A DNA stretch of 64,000 nt from Antedon mediterranea (GCF_964355755.1 NC_092672.1:17497237-17561236), one strand, 5' to 3'; numbered from the stretch's first letter, positions 41,527 through 53,833 are shown. The notes: generated by a model from the letters alone, not told the origin. Program-made: numbers and translations.

Positions 41527-41860
41527 TCAGTTTTGATCATTCATGCAAAGGTTTCCGTCATCTTTAGCGTTGTTACAGCGGCATAAAGCTGTACATAGTA
41601 GTTTTGACTTCTTGCACCTATATCTATTGGTTATGCATCGTGTCTTGCATCCACGATAAATCATCTCTAACGAAGGAGTAGGAATAGCTTCATTTTTCAG
41701 AAGCACTGGTTGAAGTTTACCATTAGATAGCTCCCAACCAAAATCTGTTGGTGATGGCAAATGCTGGATTGGCGATACAGCTTTTTTCAATACGAGTGCT
41801 TGGAAGTGTGCTATTTTTATATGCTGGTGCACTGCATCGCTTGTTGGAGGTAATGCCTCT
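41527..41860 (-). pseudogene. Left-arm C-terminal remnant of the nuclease gene with a CXC-like Cys cluster
   Basis: PEALPPTSDAVHQHIK.AHFQA...PTDFGW...GCKTRC...CKKSKLLCTALCRC. Confidence 0.75.
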
Positions 41861-42433
41861 GGGTTTTTTTTTTGGTTTTTTTAACATGGCATGCCTAACT
41901 TAAAACTGTCAATAAAGGACACCACCAGACAAAGATGAACCAAAACACAGAGACCAATTCGTCGAATTATAGAAAGTGGTGAAATACCGCTGCCAAATTG
42001 CTGGTCAAACTTTTTGGAATTACAAGATAATAAAGCAGATCTGGCACGATTTTTATCAGAGGAGTTGATTCGTCAAGCTCCTATAGACAAAGAAATTGTC
42101 ACAGCTGGTGGATTTATGAAAGAATCAGTTGTTAAATCATCAAAAGTCTACACGAATACGTTGTCTCTGGTCGCAGATCATGAAGAATCGGACACGAGAC
42201 TTGTCATGCTGCCAATGTCCGATACGACACAGTTGTAGTTGCTTCTAGGGATACAGACGTACTAGTGATTCTAGTGTCTCACTACCAAAGCATGGTATCC
42301 AAATGGATGATGACAGGGACATCCAAAAAAAAGAAAGTATCTATAAAAGACATTTTTCAAGCCTTGCCCGAGGGTTATGCAAAAGCACTGATTCCATTCC
42401 ACACTATTAGTGGATGCGATACTACCTCATATC

Positions 42434-42488
42434 CAGGGAAGAGTTAAATTACATTAATACATACATGCAGTAATTTAACTCTTCCCTG
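42434..42488. mobile_element. 55-bp hAT-like micro-element
   Basis: Perfect 19-bp TIR CAGGGAAGAGTTAAATTAC, 17-bp spacer, 8-bp TSD CTCATATC (42426-33, 42489-96). Confidence 0.85.
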
Positions 42489-42666
42489 CTCATATCTAAG
42501 TGGTCACTCAAAGGCATCGGCATGGGAAGTATTAAAAAAAAATTATGAACTAATTAAAGACCTGGGAGAAACCTATCAGTGACCAAGTTATTATGAAATC
42601 GGAAAGATTCATTTGCTACGTTTATGGTGTTGGTCAAGTTAAAAGTACCAATGAAGTTAGGCTTTT

Positions 42667-43488
42667 AAAAAACAAGGCCAACAGCCATTAAGTCGCGTGC
42701 TACAATGCATAGTGATACCGGACCGACAGACAGACCGACAGACAGACCGACAGACAGACCGACAGACCGACAGACAGACAGACAGACCGACCGACCGACA
42801 TAGTGAACTATACTGACCGAAATTACTGAACATGTTTAAAAATGTTGAAATGTTTAAAAACATTTATATTTTTTTAATTTACACGTGCGTAGCCTGTCAC
42901 TTTCGACGTGCTCGTATAACGTAATTTCGAGTTGAAAAGTAAGTCAAGAAAACAGAAATCGGGCAAAAAGAGTGCGCAATAACATTTAACGCGCAGTGCG
43001 CGCGCAAAAATTTGCGCACTCATGGCAATTTTGTAAACGCTTAAAATTGCCTGAAATGTACTCTTATTTCATCGAAAATAAATTTTGAAAATTTTAAGCG
43101 CGCGTACGCATGCGTTACATGCGCTACGCACGTAATTGTATTGCCATATGATGATTTATGCCCTGAAATTTATGAGTACCAAATATTATTTAATTGTGAT
43201 TCATGGTTGTGAAGATATGATTACAAACGTGATTTCGTTAAATCGTGCGTAGACCGCGTAATTTTTTTATTGCGCACCGTGAAAACATAACCACATTGAT
43301 TCCTGGCCATAAGGAATATACTGTGAAAAATTGACCTAGCTAGATTAAACTGATATCAAGATAAGGTCAGAAAGCGATAAAACGCATAGTGATACCGGAC
43401 CGACAGACAGACAGACAGACCGACAGACAGACAGACCGACCAACCGACCGACATAGTGAACTATAGAGTCGCTTCCACGCTACTAAAA
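42667..43488 (-). mobile_element. Helentron-associated element with (GACA/GACC)n microsatellites
   Basis: AAACAAG start, subterminal AGTCGCGTG, two GACC/GACA tracts (42720-42799, 43398-43452), terminal AGTCGCTTCCACGCTACTAAAAA; splits the host frame NEVRLLK|TKPEALPP at an A-run. Confidence 0.7.
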
Positions 43489-44067
43489 ACAAAACCAGAG
43501 GCATTACCTCCAACAAGCGATGCAGTGCACCAACATATAAAAAGAGCACACTTCCAAGCACTCGTATGGAAAAAAGCTGTATCGCCAATCCAGCATTTGC
43601 CATCACCAACAGATTTTGGTTCGGAGCTATCTAATGGTAAACTTCAACCAGTGCTTCTGTTCAAATTCTTTTTTAAATATAAAATCATAATCCATCATAT
43701 TGATGGCAGGTACTATACAATCATAATCCATCATATTGATGGCAGGTAATTTCCAAATTTCCAAATGTAGCTGATGTGTTCAAATTCTGTTTTAAATCTA
43801 TAATCATAATCCATCATATTGATGGCAGGTAATTTCCAAATGTAGCTGACATGTTCACATTAAAAAAAATCTATAACTCCATCATATTGATGGCAGGTAA
43901 TTTCAAATTTCAAATTTCAACAAATGTAACTTACGTGTTCAAATTTTTTTTTAAATCTATATAAATCATAACACATCATATTTGATGGCAGTGAATTTTA
44001 TAATTGTACTAATTATTATTAGTGTATAAATAATTTCATAGTTAAGCAATTATATTATATTTAGTAT

Positions 44068-44415
44068 GGCAGGATACTTAGGAATGCTAAGAAGCAAAGT
44101 GAAATATATGGCAATACTAAAAGATTCAACAACTCATGTTTTCCAGCACTGTGTAGACTAATTAATAAACCAAAATAAACACAACAATAATAATAATAAT
44201 AAGTAATAAGTACTTTCATCAGTTTCTTCCATGTGTAATATCTCCTTTTTAAAAATATTTTTTTTTTTTTTTTTTTTTTTTAACTTTTTAACTTTTTAAT
44301 GTTGTAAATTTTGATGTTTGAAAGCTTGTACCAATTTTATATGTAAATCTCTCGCAATTCAGTTTTATTTTATATATACTGCAAAGAGAAATATTGAATA
44401 AAAGCAGAATGAATG
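44068..44415 (+). mobile_element. Short LINE 3' fragment (L2/CR1 group) in the right arm of foldback 2
   Basis: GRILRN...NTKRFNNSCFPALCRLIN C-terminal motif, CAATTCAG...CTGC 3' UTR, AATAAA, (GAAT)n tail; AGTAT on both flanks. Confidence 0.7.
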
Positions 44416-45363
44416 AGTATACAGTAGGCATATGCTGTAGTTTAAAGGTCAATAACCATACTATCGGCCATTCTTGTACAAAATGTGCCATTAGACTGGA
44501 TAGAAACACACATGTTTTAAACAATTTAAAAAGAAAAAAAATTCATAAGACCACAATTTTCAAAGTTATATTATTTATTATATTATTATATTTGACTAAT
44601 AGTTCAAAGGTCAATAGTTGTAGAATTGGCCATTTTTTGTAAAAACATTTCAGTATAATAAATATGAATGTATAGTTTCTGAACAATTTGAGCCCTATTT
44701 CGTGTCTCTCCGATTATTGGTTACTTAGATACGATAAATCAAGGTCAAAGGTCAAAATGTCAGAAATAAGACTTGCATCCACTTTTTGAGAAAATGTGTC
44801 ATTAAAGTGAATATAAAAACATATATTTAAAACATTTTGAGACAAAAATTAATTATCTGTGACTAGTGGTTCTCGAGATATAAGGTAATTATAAAAAATG
44901 GCCGCCATTTTTAATTATGCAAATTAAGGGCTTAGATGGCCGAATTTTGATTCTAAATCAAGTGGATCCCAGCTTCTACCCAAAAATGCTTCTTGATTCG
45001 TTTTCTAGGCCGTTTTTTGAGAAATGGAACCTGTCTAGGAGCGATTGCTCTATGCAGGGACCCGGTGTTTCGACAGCGATCAAAACATATCGATATAAAG
45101 TACCATTTCATAAGACAAATATTACAAGAAGGGAAAATTTATCTCCAATACTGTCGAACCGAGGAGATGGTCGCTGGCGCACTCACTAAACCCCTTAGTA
45201 AGGCAAAACTCCAGACATTCACAAAGTTTTTGTTTGGAAACTGGTAAAGTGAAAATGTTGAAATATGATTGAATCTCACAGCATGTAGCTGTGTGTGTTT
45301 GTTTTTTTAAATTTTTTTTTCTCATCTAAACATGTTTGTTCAGATTATGAGGTGAAGGGGGAG

Positions 45364-45539
45364 TGTTGTTGTCACCTCATATTTGTGTTATACGTCATAA
45401 TTTGTACCCATAATTCCTTGCTCCTGTGAGAGCACGTTGTTTCTGCTGTGTGTAGCAGATGAGAATAATGATTGAATAAATCGTAGACAGACGTTAAAAA
45501 CAATCGTAGTATCATTTATTATCGATCAGTATGACTACA
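45364..45539 (+). repeat. Copia 3' LTR (~176 bp)
   Basis: TG start directly after the PPT; contains AATAAA; ends ...ACTACA. Confidence 0.7.
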
Positions 45540-46455
45540 AATCCTACGTATACTGTATGTCTTTATGATTTAAGTCGTCGGCTGTTACTACTAATAATTT
45601 GAGGCTTAAGCTTTCACAGTTAAAAAATCAATAATCAGATGGAAGATGTGCAAGGCGCACCCGAAGATACAGTTAGGCCTATACCCAGTTAACGAATGGC
45701 AGAAGTGCTAAACAAACTTCCAAAGATGGACCCAGTCAGCGGATAGAGAATTACCATAACGTCTAATCTTAATCCTGGAGCTAGACCTTACGAACCAAAT
45801 CATATACAGGAGTAGGCCTACATTCGAATATTGGCACATCAACGATTACCCTTGCAAGAACCGGATATTTACTTTTAGGGGATCCAATAATGTTTCTTCC
45901 GTGGAAAAGATCCTTTGAAGCTATGGTGAAAACAGCCTGTGTGGACACTGTTGAAAAGCTGTCATTCCCTGTGTAAATATATACTACTGGCGAAGCAAAA
46001 GTTTTGGTTGATCGATTCAGACTAAGGCATGTTCAAGATGTTGACAAGGCCTATCATGAGGCCTGGACTGGGCTAGAAGACAGATTCGGGAACCAAACCT
46101 TAATATCAGCTGAAATCATCGTGAGACTTATATAGAAGACAAATATAGAAGATTCAAAGCAGGTGATTTGACCGCACTCCAAGAACTGGCTGATTTGTGT
46201 GCTGACGGAAATGCAGGAGCTACGCCCATCTGATTACGTTAAACACTCCTCATGGTGTTAAACCAATTGTAGAGAAGTTACCACAGGCTTCATAATTAAT
46301 AAATGGAGAGAAAAGGTCGCAAAACACAAAAGGAAAATGAAAACGATCCAGATTCTCAGAATGTTCACAGCGCCAGTAAGGCAAAAGGCACACCACAAGT
46401 AGAAGATCTTTATTCGTCAAAACCAAATATCACAACAATAACATAACAACGAGCG

Positions 46456-47921
46456 GGCAGCGATTTTTTTTTTCGTACATAAGTTGGGGACCCCTCATGA
46501 AACGTCACAAAATAAACATGAATAATTCATCAGTTAAATGTTCTTGTTCCGTGTGCACCCAATCGTATAGCAACAAGAAGTGATTACACAACTGCGATAC
46601 GATTCTAGGCCTATCTCCGCTGTCCTGTGGTTGCGGCGTGCGATTTCATAAAAGAATAGCGGCGTTTTGTGTGGATTGTCGAAATAATCAGCCTTTAGTT
46701 TATGGTGTTTTTTAATAGAATTTAATACTAAAGAATTATAGTTTCTATTAATAATATTAGGCCTAATTATTAGTCTTTAAACCCATGTCTATTGATTCAG
46801 GGACGATTCGGCCCTGAGACGATTCGGTCCGGGACTATTCGGCCCACTTTACTTTTGGGGCGAAACGTCTCACTTTGTGGGCCGAAAAACGTCTCACTTT
46901 GGACCAAATTCATATTCATTTTTTTGGTATTTATACAGTTTTTAAAGGTGTTTAACAATCCGTATTTATTGATATTGACAATCTTGATATAATATATATA
47001 ATAAATTACTAAAAAAGATAATTTTATATTCAATTTATTACTTCGAAAACCTTTATTTCGTGCATTCGCCACGCGGCCAACAGACTAGGGCGTACCTTGT
47101 TTACATCGTTCGCGTGACTAAAAATTGATCATTTTCGACAATGTTTTCAAAATGTTTGCTTTATTGCATCTTTATCCCTAGTAGTACTACCCCATAGTCT
47201 CTCTGAAAATAAAGTTTGGGGAAAAATGCTTATAAATGCGAATCAAAGCCGATAAATTTAAGTATGCTGAATCGTCTCAGGGCCGAATCGTCCCGGGCCA
47301 AATAGTCCCGGGCCGAATCGTACCAGGGCCGAATCGTCCCGTTACCTGTCTATTCTAGTAGTAGTGGGTGTGTGTGACGTGTGTGTGTATTATGGATGAC
47401 ACAGTTCGAGTAACAAGTCAGCAAAATTAAACAATTAAATTACACAAAAATACATTTTTTATTCTCGTGGGTCTAATCTTTCCATCTCATGTGTTCATAT
47501 ACGCGCATTTTAAAAGTTCCTTTGAGTAATATATATATAAATGCATATTGTTTGATAATAAAATAGCAGAATTAAAAAATTACAGTACACAAATTATACA
47601 CATTCTTTATTCTCGTGGGTCTGAGCTTTCGTTGGGCTATTTCCAATTACTACTTAGTTGAATGTGTCTTGCCTAGCTGTCGATTAGCCTCGACACATTT
47701 TGCATAGTGGTGTGTTAAATGAAGAAGAGTGCGCGAAGGCAAGCACGTGAATTGACCTAGAATCCTAGGCCTAGAAAGAATCGTATCGCAGTTGTAATCA
47801 CTTGTTGCTATACGCTTGGGTGCACACGGAACAAGAAATTTAACTGATGAATTATTCATTCATAGTTTATTTTGTGACGTTTCATGAGGGGTCCCCAACT
47901 TATGTATGAAAAAAAAATCGC
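46456..47921. mobile_element. Long-TIR (~150 bp) non-autonomous element in the Gypsy 3' LTR, possibly Mutator-like
   Basis: GCGATTTTTTTTTTCGTACATAAGTTGGGGACCCCTCATGAAACGTCAC... inverted at ~47770-47921; absent from the other LTR; exact ends and TSD unclear. Confidence 0.75.
46794..47346. mobile_element. MITE with 8-bp TSD and GGCCGAATCGTCCC subterminal arrays
   Basis: TSD TGTCTATT (46786-93, 47347-54); asymmetric ends GATTCAGGG / CCCGTTACC; related inverted fragment at ~62090-62326. Confidence 0.8.
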
Positions 47922-48378
47922 CAGCGGCCATGGTATGTGAGTCAACCCAGATAGGGGGCGCTAGACTGGCGTAATCATTTTTTTTTTCTCTTCTCATAAA
48001 ACAAAAACAAAAGTCAAAAACAAAACAAAGAAAGCAAAAGCACTCAAAATCTAAATTGAATGGTCGAAACTTATATTACGTATGAAACATTATAAATCAA
48101 GAACGTAGTCAGAGAGATGACTAGGAAATCTGCGTGAACGTGTGGATGTGCGATGAGACAACTGTGCTGGAACTTCCATTGGTGATTCTTCCGGGGTGCG
48201 TAATTTTTTTTCCAGGACGAACGTGGGCAGAAATCATGAATAATTCATGAATAATTATGACATAATAGGGAACATTATAGAGATTTACAGTAAAACACTC
48301 TGATTTCTTTACACGATAAGTAGCGCTTCTCAATCGTGAGTGAGTAAACTTTCGGACGTTGCACCACTTTCCATCTAC

Positions 48379-49046
48379 CATCTACACTTTCCACTACTAC
48401 TTTTAAAAGACTACTTATCATTTCGCCAACAATATACATCAATAAACTCAACCAATTCTCAACTCTTGCATGTTACCTGTGGTGTACCACAAGGGTCAAT
48501 CCTTGGCCCACTACTCTTTTTAATTTACGTTAATGATCTTCCAAATGTTTCAAAATTAATTAATTTTATCTTATTTGCAGATGACACAAATGTTATTATT
48601 TCTCACGAAAACAAAAATAATCTTGTATCTATAATTAATAATGAACTTAACAAAGTGTCTCTTTGGTTTAAAGCAAATAAGTTATCACTGAATATTTCAA
48701 AAACAAATTATATTTATTTTAATATTAATTTAAAACAAAATACAAACAAACACTTATTTCAAACTATTTAGAACATTAGTAATTCACAATTGCCTTAAGA
48801 CTGTTTTTTTTTCTTTTTTTGTGCCTTTTTGTTTAATTTTATTTGTAAATTTGACGAAAGAAAGAAGTTTGTTTTTGTTCTCTCACTTAAATTAAATAAT
48901 TAAATATATTACTTATCTGGAGGACCAAACTTAAAGCCTTGGCTTAATGCGTCCTCCTCACACAATTGTATTTATTAATTTATGTTTCTGTTCATATTGT
49001 ATTGTATTGTATTGTGTGAAACAATAAACTTGAAACTTGAAACTTG
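48379..49046 (+). mobile_element. Truncated, internally deleted CR1-group LINE inside the Gypsy integrase C-terminus
   Basis: GVPQGSILGPLLFLIYVND...FADD...ANKLSLN; AATAAA plus (CTTGAAA)n tail; ATCTAC duplicated at 48373-78 and 49047-52; host frame RDRYLVVSVD|GKWC is restored on removal. Confidence 0.85.
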
Positions 49047-52000
49047 ATCTACAGAAACAACGAGATAGCGATCTCGTGCACAGGTCTTGCGCTCTGTCCA
49101 CAGGTATAGACTAAATCACCAACCGTAATAGAAACGTTAGGCGCGACGGGTGCCTTAGAATTTTCGCTGTGCGCGTGATTAGAGGCTCTGAGGTGCTGTT
49201 GGCTGATAATCAACTTGCGGTCAGAAATAGGGATTTGGTCATGAGTGAACTGATCTCGCTGTGTCGCGAGACGACAATCCTCGTGTTCGGATACGGGAGT
49301 TAAGACGAGATGTGGCGACAGCAAGCACTGTCGGTGAGATGGGACCGCCACCTGGCCCTTGCCGAAGTAACTCTTCTGACAATTCGCGTACAGCTTTCTC
49401 TCCAACCGGGTTTTTGTTGATGCTCTTTACTCTGCCTTCAGTAAGACGGGATCGTGGACGAGTGCCATGAAGCCCGGGGCAGGGTCTGTGCGGATGGTTG
49501 CTGAGGGGCCCTCCACGGGGCACATGCCAATGCATAAGCGAATTAAGATATCACGAAGAGTGTCGTGCTTCTCATCGCTGATTAAACACGAAAGGGTGTA
49601 AGACGTCACCGTCTCTCTGACAACAAGAAGTTGACGCTCGCCTTTTAGGACATCGGCGGCAAAGGTGACTCCGAGCTTCGACGGAGGATCATCAGTGGAC
49701 TGTTCAATTGCGATGGTGGGTACAGTACGGATCGAGGCACAGTGATGACACGATTCTGACACCTGATCGATGGTTTTGTCCAAGTCAAGCGCAAAGAAGT
49801 GGCGGCGAATGGATAACTTAAGTTGGTGACTAGTTGGGTGATCTAGCCGGACGTGAAGTGATGTCAACATTCCTTTTATACATGGCGAGGGACAATGATA
49901 CATTCATGCTTAAGTGAGAGTGGTTCAGTGCGGTTGACTACAAAGAGACCATCTCTTCCAATGCAACAACAGTTAAGGTACCGTTTAATGTCCCTGACAT
50001 TGGTTAACTTTTTAGATGGACGCGTTCCTTGAATAAGATGAGCTTTTACACGCCTAAGGTCTGGACACTCGGATTGGATGGCTAGCCAAGCTGGCCGACT
50101 GGTGAACGGGAGTTTGGCGTCTCCAGTAATGAAATTACGTATCGATGAACGTAGTACCGTTGACTCTATCGCGCCGTTGACAAATGAGCAAACCTGACAG
50201 TTGTCAACTGAGCATGGTGGAGCGTTGCGACTAGCAAAGTCGGATGGGACGTTGGCTGAGCCTGCTAGGTGCCGAATAGAAATCTGGTGCCTGCTAGCGG
50301 TGGACAGGAAGGTGGACACACGGGCACTGACTGAGAATTCTCCTCTGCATAGCTTTTCCAGCGCTTGGACGCATGGCTTACTGTCAGTTAGGACACATGT
50401 GTTATGTCGAGACTGGATGATAAAAGGACTAAAATGTTTAACGGCTGCCCCAATAGCCAAAGCTTCGATGGACAAATCACCGTTTTGCTAGCAGATAATC
50501 GCAGACCACACTTGTAAATGCATACGAGTAGACGCCGCCAATTGTAAATTAACTCCTCTAAACTGTCCCCTCCACAATAAAGGTCATCCGCAAGCTTTGC
50601 TACTACTCCCTCCTTAATCAAATCCCCCAGTACCCGACAAGTCAGCTCTTCGAGGACGGTCTCTGAACCAGGCATACCCATGGCACACTGGGCATAAACT
50701 CTGACACCTCGAAATGGTGTGGCAACGCCGCAGTACTTCATAGAAGCGCGAGACAAAGGAATCTGGTAAAAGGCCTTTGTGAGGTCAGTAGTGATTAAGT
50801 GCTTCCATTTTGCGATGTTACGTAGAACGGAGTTGACATCCGGCATAAGGGAGGGTTGGAGTTTCGCATATCGTCCGACCTCGGCGAATGCTGTAACACG
50901 ACGGTAACCACCACTCTCTTTTTTGACAAGGAAAGGTGGGTTAAGATATTCGACGTAGACACCGACGTCCTCGGGGCGAAGAAATACTCCCACTTTCTCA
51001 AGCTCGTCAAATTTGTTCTGTAGCTCAACCAGTTTATCTCTGGAGTACTGAGGAACTCGACCCTTCTTCTGATTAGGCAGTACAGGTCCCATGTTAACAA
51101 CAGCCTGGAATGGGCCAACAGAGCCGTTTTAGGCTTTAATCATAGGATCGAAAACAACATCGTATTCAGTAAGAATGGATTGGAATTGGGATTTCACATT
51201 CTGTGGGAGGATATGGTCTGGATCTAGCTTGACATAATCAGAAAACGCGACAGAGGAAGGAGGCTTACAGGGCTTAGATGGCGACTTTTGGGGAATATCG
51301 TTTTTGGTCGACAGTGGCACAAAGGTTGGTCGGACTTGGCAAAAATGTTCGTGTCGTTTAATAACCTGAGGTGTGTCGGTGGAGTTTGGGATACATACCC
51401 TTCCGGCAACACTAGAGACCAAGTCAAAATTTGGCCAGGTTCGAGGAAACGTACCCTTACTATGTGGTTCGAGAGCAAACACGTCATCTTGAATGGCTAC
51501 CGCGATAAATTCTCCTGGCCATATAGTGGTCTCCCCTTCAGCAGGAGCACGAAGCACACACGCACGACGAACCGTGTTATGGTGAAGGCCCTGTACCTGG
51601 GAACCATAGATGTACGTAGTACCACCACGCAATTTAATTTCCCGCTTCGCGGGTCGGAGGACGATATCATTTAAAGGAGTTCCGGTATAAATGTCGACGT
51701 CAAGTTTTTCGACAACGAGACCCTCAAATTTGAATTCCCTGTCGTCCCTTGTGAGAATAATTGTTGTTTCGCCTACGACCGAAAGTGGGGAAGATCCGTC
51801 AACCTGATGGGCAGACTGAGAGCTACTTTTAATGGTGGCGCCAAGGGCAGTGGCAGCATTAAAGGCAATCATGTTTCCTGTAGCCCCACTGTAGAGTGTG
51901 ATTCTGGCTGTGTGGTGTTAGTGAAATGTGTCAAGGTATAAGGACTTGCGAACTTGGACTCGTAAAGCTGTCGACGGTGCACTATTATCACCAGGCTCAT

Positions 52001-53833
52001 CCCGAGGTGTTATCATCATCGATGATGCCAACGATTTGTCGGGCCTTAGTCATGTATTTCCTGTCTGACTCGGGCAAATGAGGGCATTCACTGAGGAAAT
52101 GCTTGTCGTCCGATCGGCCGCTCTGTTTACAGACAGGACAGGACTTGTGTTGGGAAAACTGTGGTCGGAAGAATGACTGCCGAGGATTGGAATTTCGACG
52201 TGAATCAGTGGAGCGGGGTGTGAAAGCTGAAGGAGAGCGAAATGTGGATGACGGAAATACATGCGCATCATCCGCAGTTCGTAACTCTTCTAAGAGAGAG
52301 TATAAAGCCTGAGAAATCTCCGGTTTCACTGACGCCAGAGTTCGAGTGCGGAGCTCAGTGCCATACCTTTGCTTTACTAACTTAGGAAGGCCTTTGTGGA
52401 TGAGAGAGATTAGAGAGGAAATTGTAGGGCAAATTAGCGATCTGACCGAGCATGAGTTCAAGGATAGTGAGTTTTTGTTGGGCGGTATGACGACGTGCAA
52501 CAGGTACCTCCTCATTGTCGTTTTTGGTTTTGGGACGCCAAACAGAACCATCTAGGAGAAATGGGGCAACATTTGCATCAAGTGAGAGTGTGTAGATAGG
52601 GTTTTGCTTCCAGTTTTCGAAGGTATTTATAGTTTCATTTCTGGTTAAGCACCATTGCTTGGGTGCTCTAGTACCGGCCATGGTAAGAAATGTATACAGA
52701 AGTCTAGGTGTTGTCAGTCGCACGTGTGAAAGCGTAGAGTATGTGATGATATGCTAGCTCGATTTGTTGGGCTAGGCCTACTAGATTGGGTAGGCTACTC
52801 ACAAGTACTAAGTCGACTAATGGTGGATGGGCTCGTAATCGTATAGCTGCCACCATGCCAGTAAGGCAAAAGGCACACCACAATAAAGACGACCGGACAC
52901 GTAGGACTCAAGTAGAATAAGATCTTTATTCGTCAAAACCAAATATCACAATAACATAACAACCAGCAGCCATGGTATGTGAGTCAACCCAGATAGGGGG
53001 CGCTAAACTGGCGCAGAGTTTCTAAGTGAGATGGCTTACATCCAACGTGATCCTGATGTCCCAAGAGGAACTGTTGATGAGTTCAAAACTGATACACCGG
53101 GAAACTACCGTACACTGACCGGTTACCGTTCTAAGGTCACGCAACGTTCAACCGTAAATGTGAGAATGACTGAGGTGAATAAATCTGAAGGGATGTGTCC
53201 GCTACAAGATGGTCAGCATCCGTTGGTAGACTGTAGAAACTTTCTAGCCAAGACTTATGCTGCTAAGAAGTTAAATTATGTTTCCGATGTCTCTCTCTAT
53301 TTGTGATAGAAATGTCAGGTGTGGAGAATGCGGTAGTGATCGTCACTCGACTGTATTCCATGGTGACCGTCCGCAGAAGGCGAATGGCGGGTAAAGTAAA
53401 AGTAGAGCAAAAGGCGGGGAGCAAATGGAAGTAAAGCAGAAAGTAAATGGCGGGGAGCAGGTGAAAGAGTCGCAGAAGGCGAAAGAGACAAAGTAGTAAG
53501 TACTACATGTACGGATGTCTGCGGTGGAATTGGGCTGAGCCGATCGTGTGCTAAAATTTGTTTAGCAAAAATATATTTAGACGACCATCAACACTTTCAT
53601 AAAAACTTGCATTATACTAGACGACTAAAGCAATTGCTCGTTGGCCAAGAGAGCAGCTGAAGTTCAAGGCCGAAAACTGGAGAAGCTGATAATTGAGTCC
53701 ATGGGTGGCAAAGCAAGAATAGCAGCCCCATCGCTACTTAAATGTAATGACATACCTGGGAACCAGCAATTTTCCCCACTTGAAGAATATTGCGGACCAG
53801 ATACCACCCTTGGATGAAAATTCGAATACAGTA

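Larger units (their letters stand above)
41885..43660 (+). pseudogene. Central/right-arm remnant of the FEN1/XPG-like nuclease gene of foldback 2
   Basis: WSNFLELQDNKADLARFL, DHEESDTRL, SRDTDV, PFHTISGCDTTSY, NEVR, PEALPPTSDAVHQHIKRAHFQ; split by two insertions. Confidence 0.75.
35794..45037. mobile_element. Foldback DNA-transposon derivative 2 (TAGAC...GTCTA) inserted in Copia RNase H
   Basis: Arms 35794-36425 plus ~40928-41860 are inverted copies of ~43490-44067 plus 44416-45037; removing the element and one G restores GAT AAC CAA GGA GCG (DNQGA). Confidence 0.9.
32357..45539 (+). mobile_element. Ty1/Copia retrotransposon, 5' part missing, interrupted at 35794-45037
   Basis: gag ILQEHY...KPRIVSLY and CYGCGSTKH, protease IVDTG, integrase WHKVLGH/LIHTDL/RCDNGGEF/QNGTAER, RT YKARFVAKG/LYGLKQSGRNW/VWVDD, RNase H STCEAEY...GDNQ|GAIAL...RSKHIDIKYHFIR; PPT GAGGTGAAGGGGGAG. 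Confidence 0.95.
46371..53013 (-). mobile_element. Ty3/Gypsy retrotransposon with both LTRs, decayed
   Basis: LTRs 52856-53013 and 46371-47971 (with insert); PBS TGGTGGCAGC (tRNA-Leu-like) at 52846-52855; PPT at ~47977-47995; gag [29 protein letters not shown], RNase H IEAL/LTDSKP, integrase FAADV/RTDPAPGF. Confidence 0.92.
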
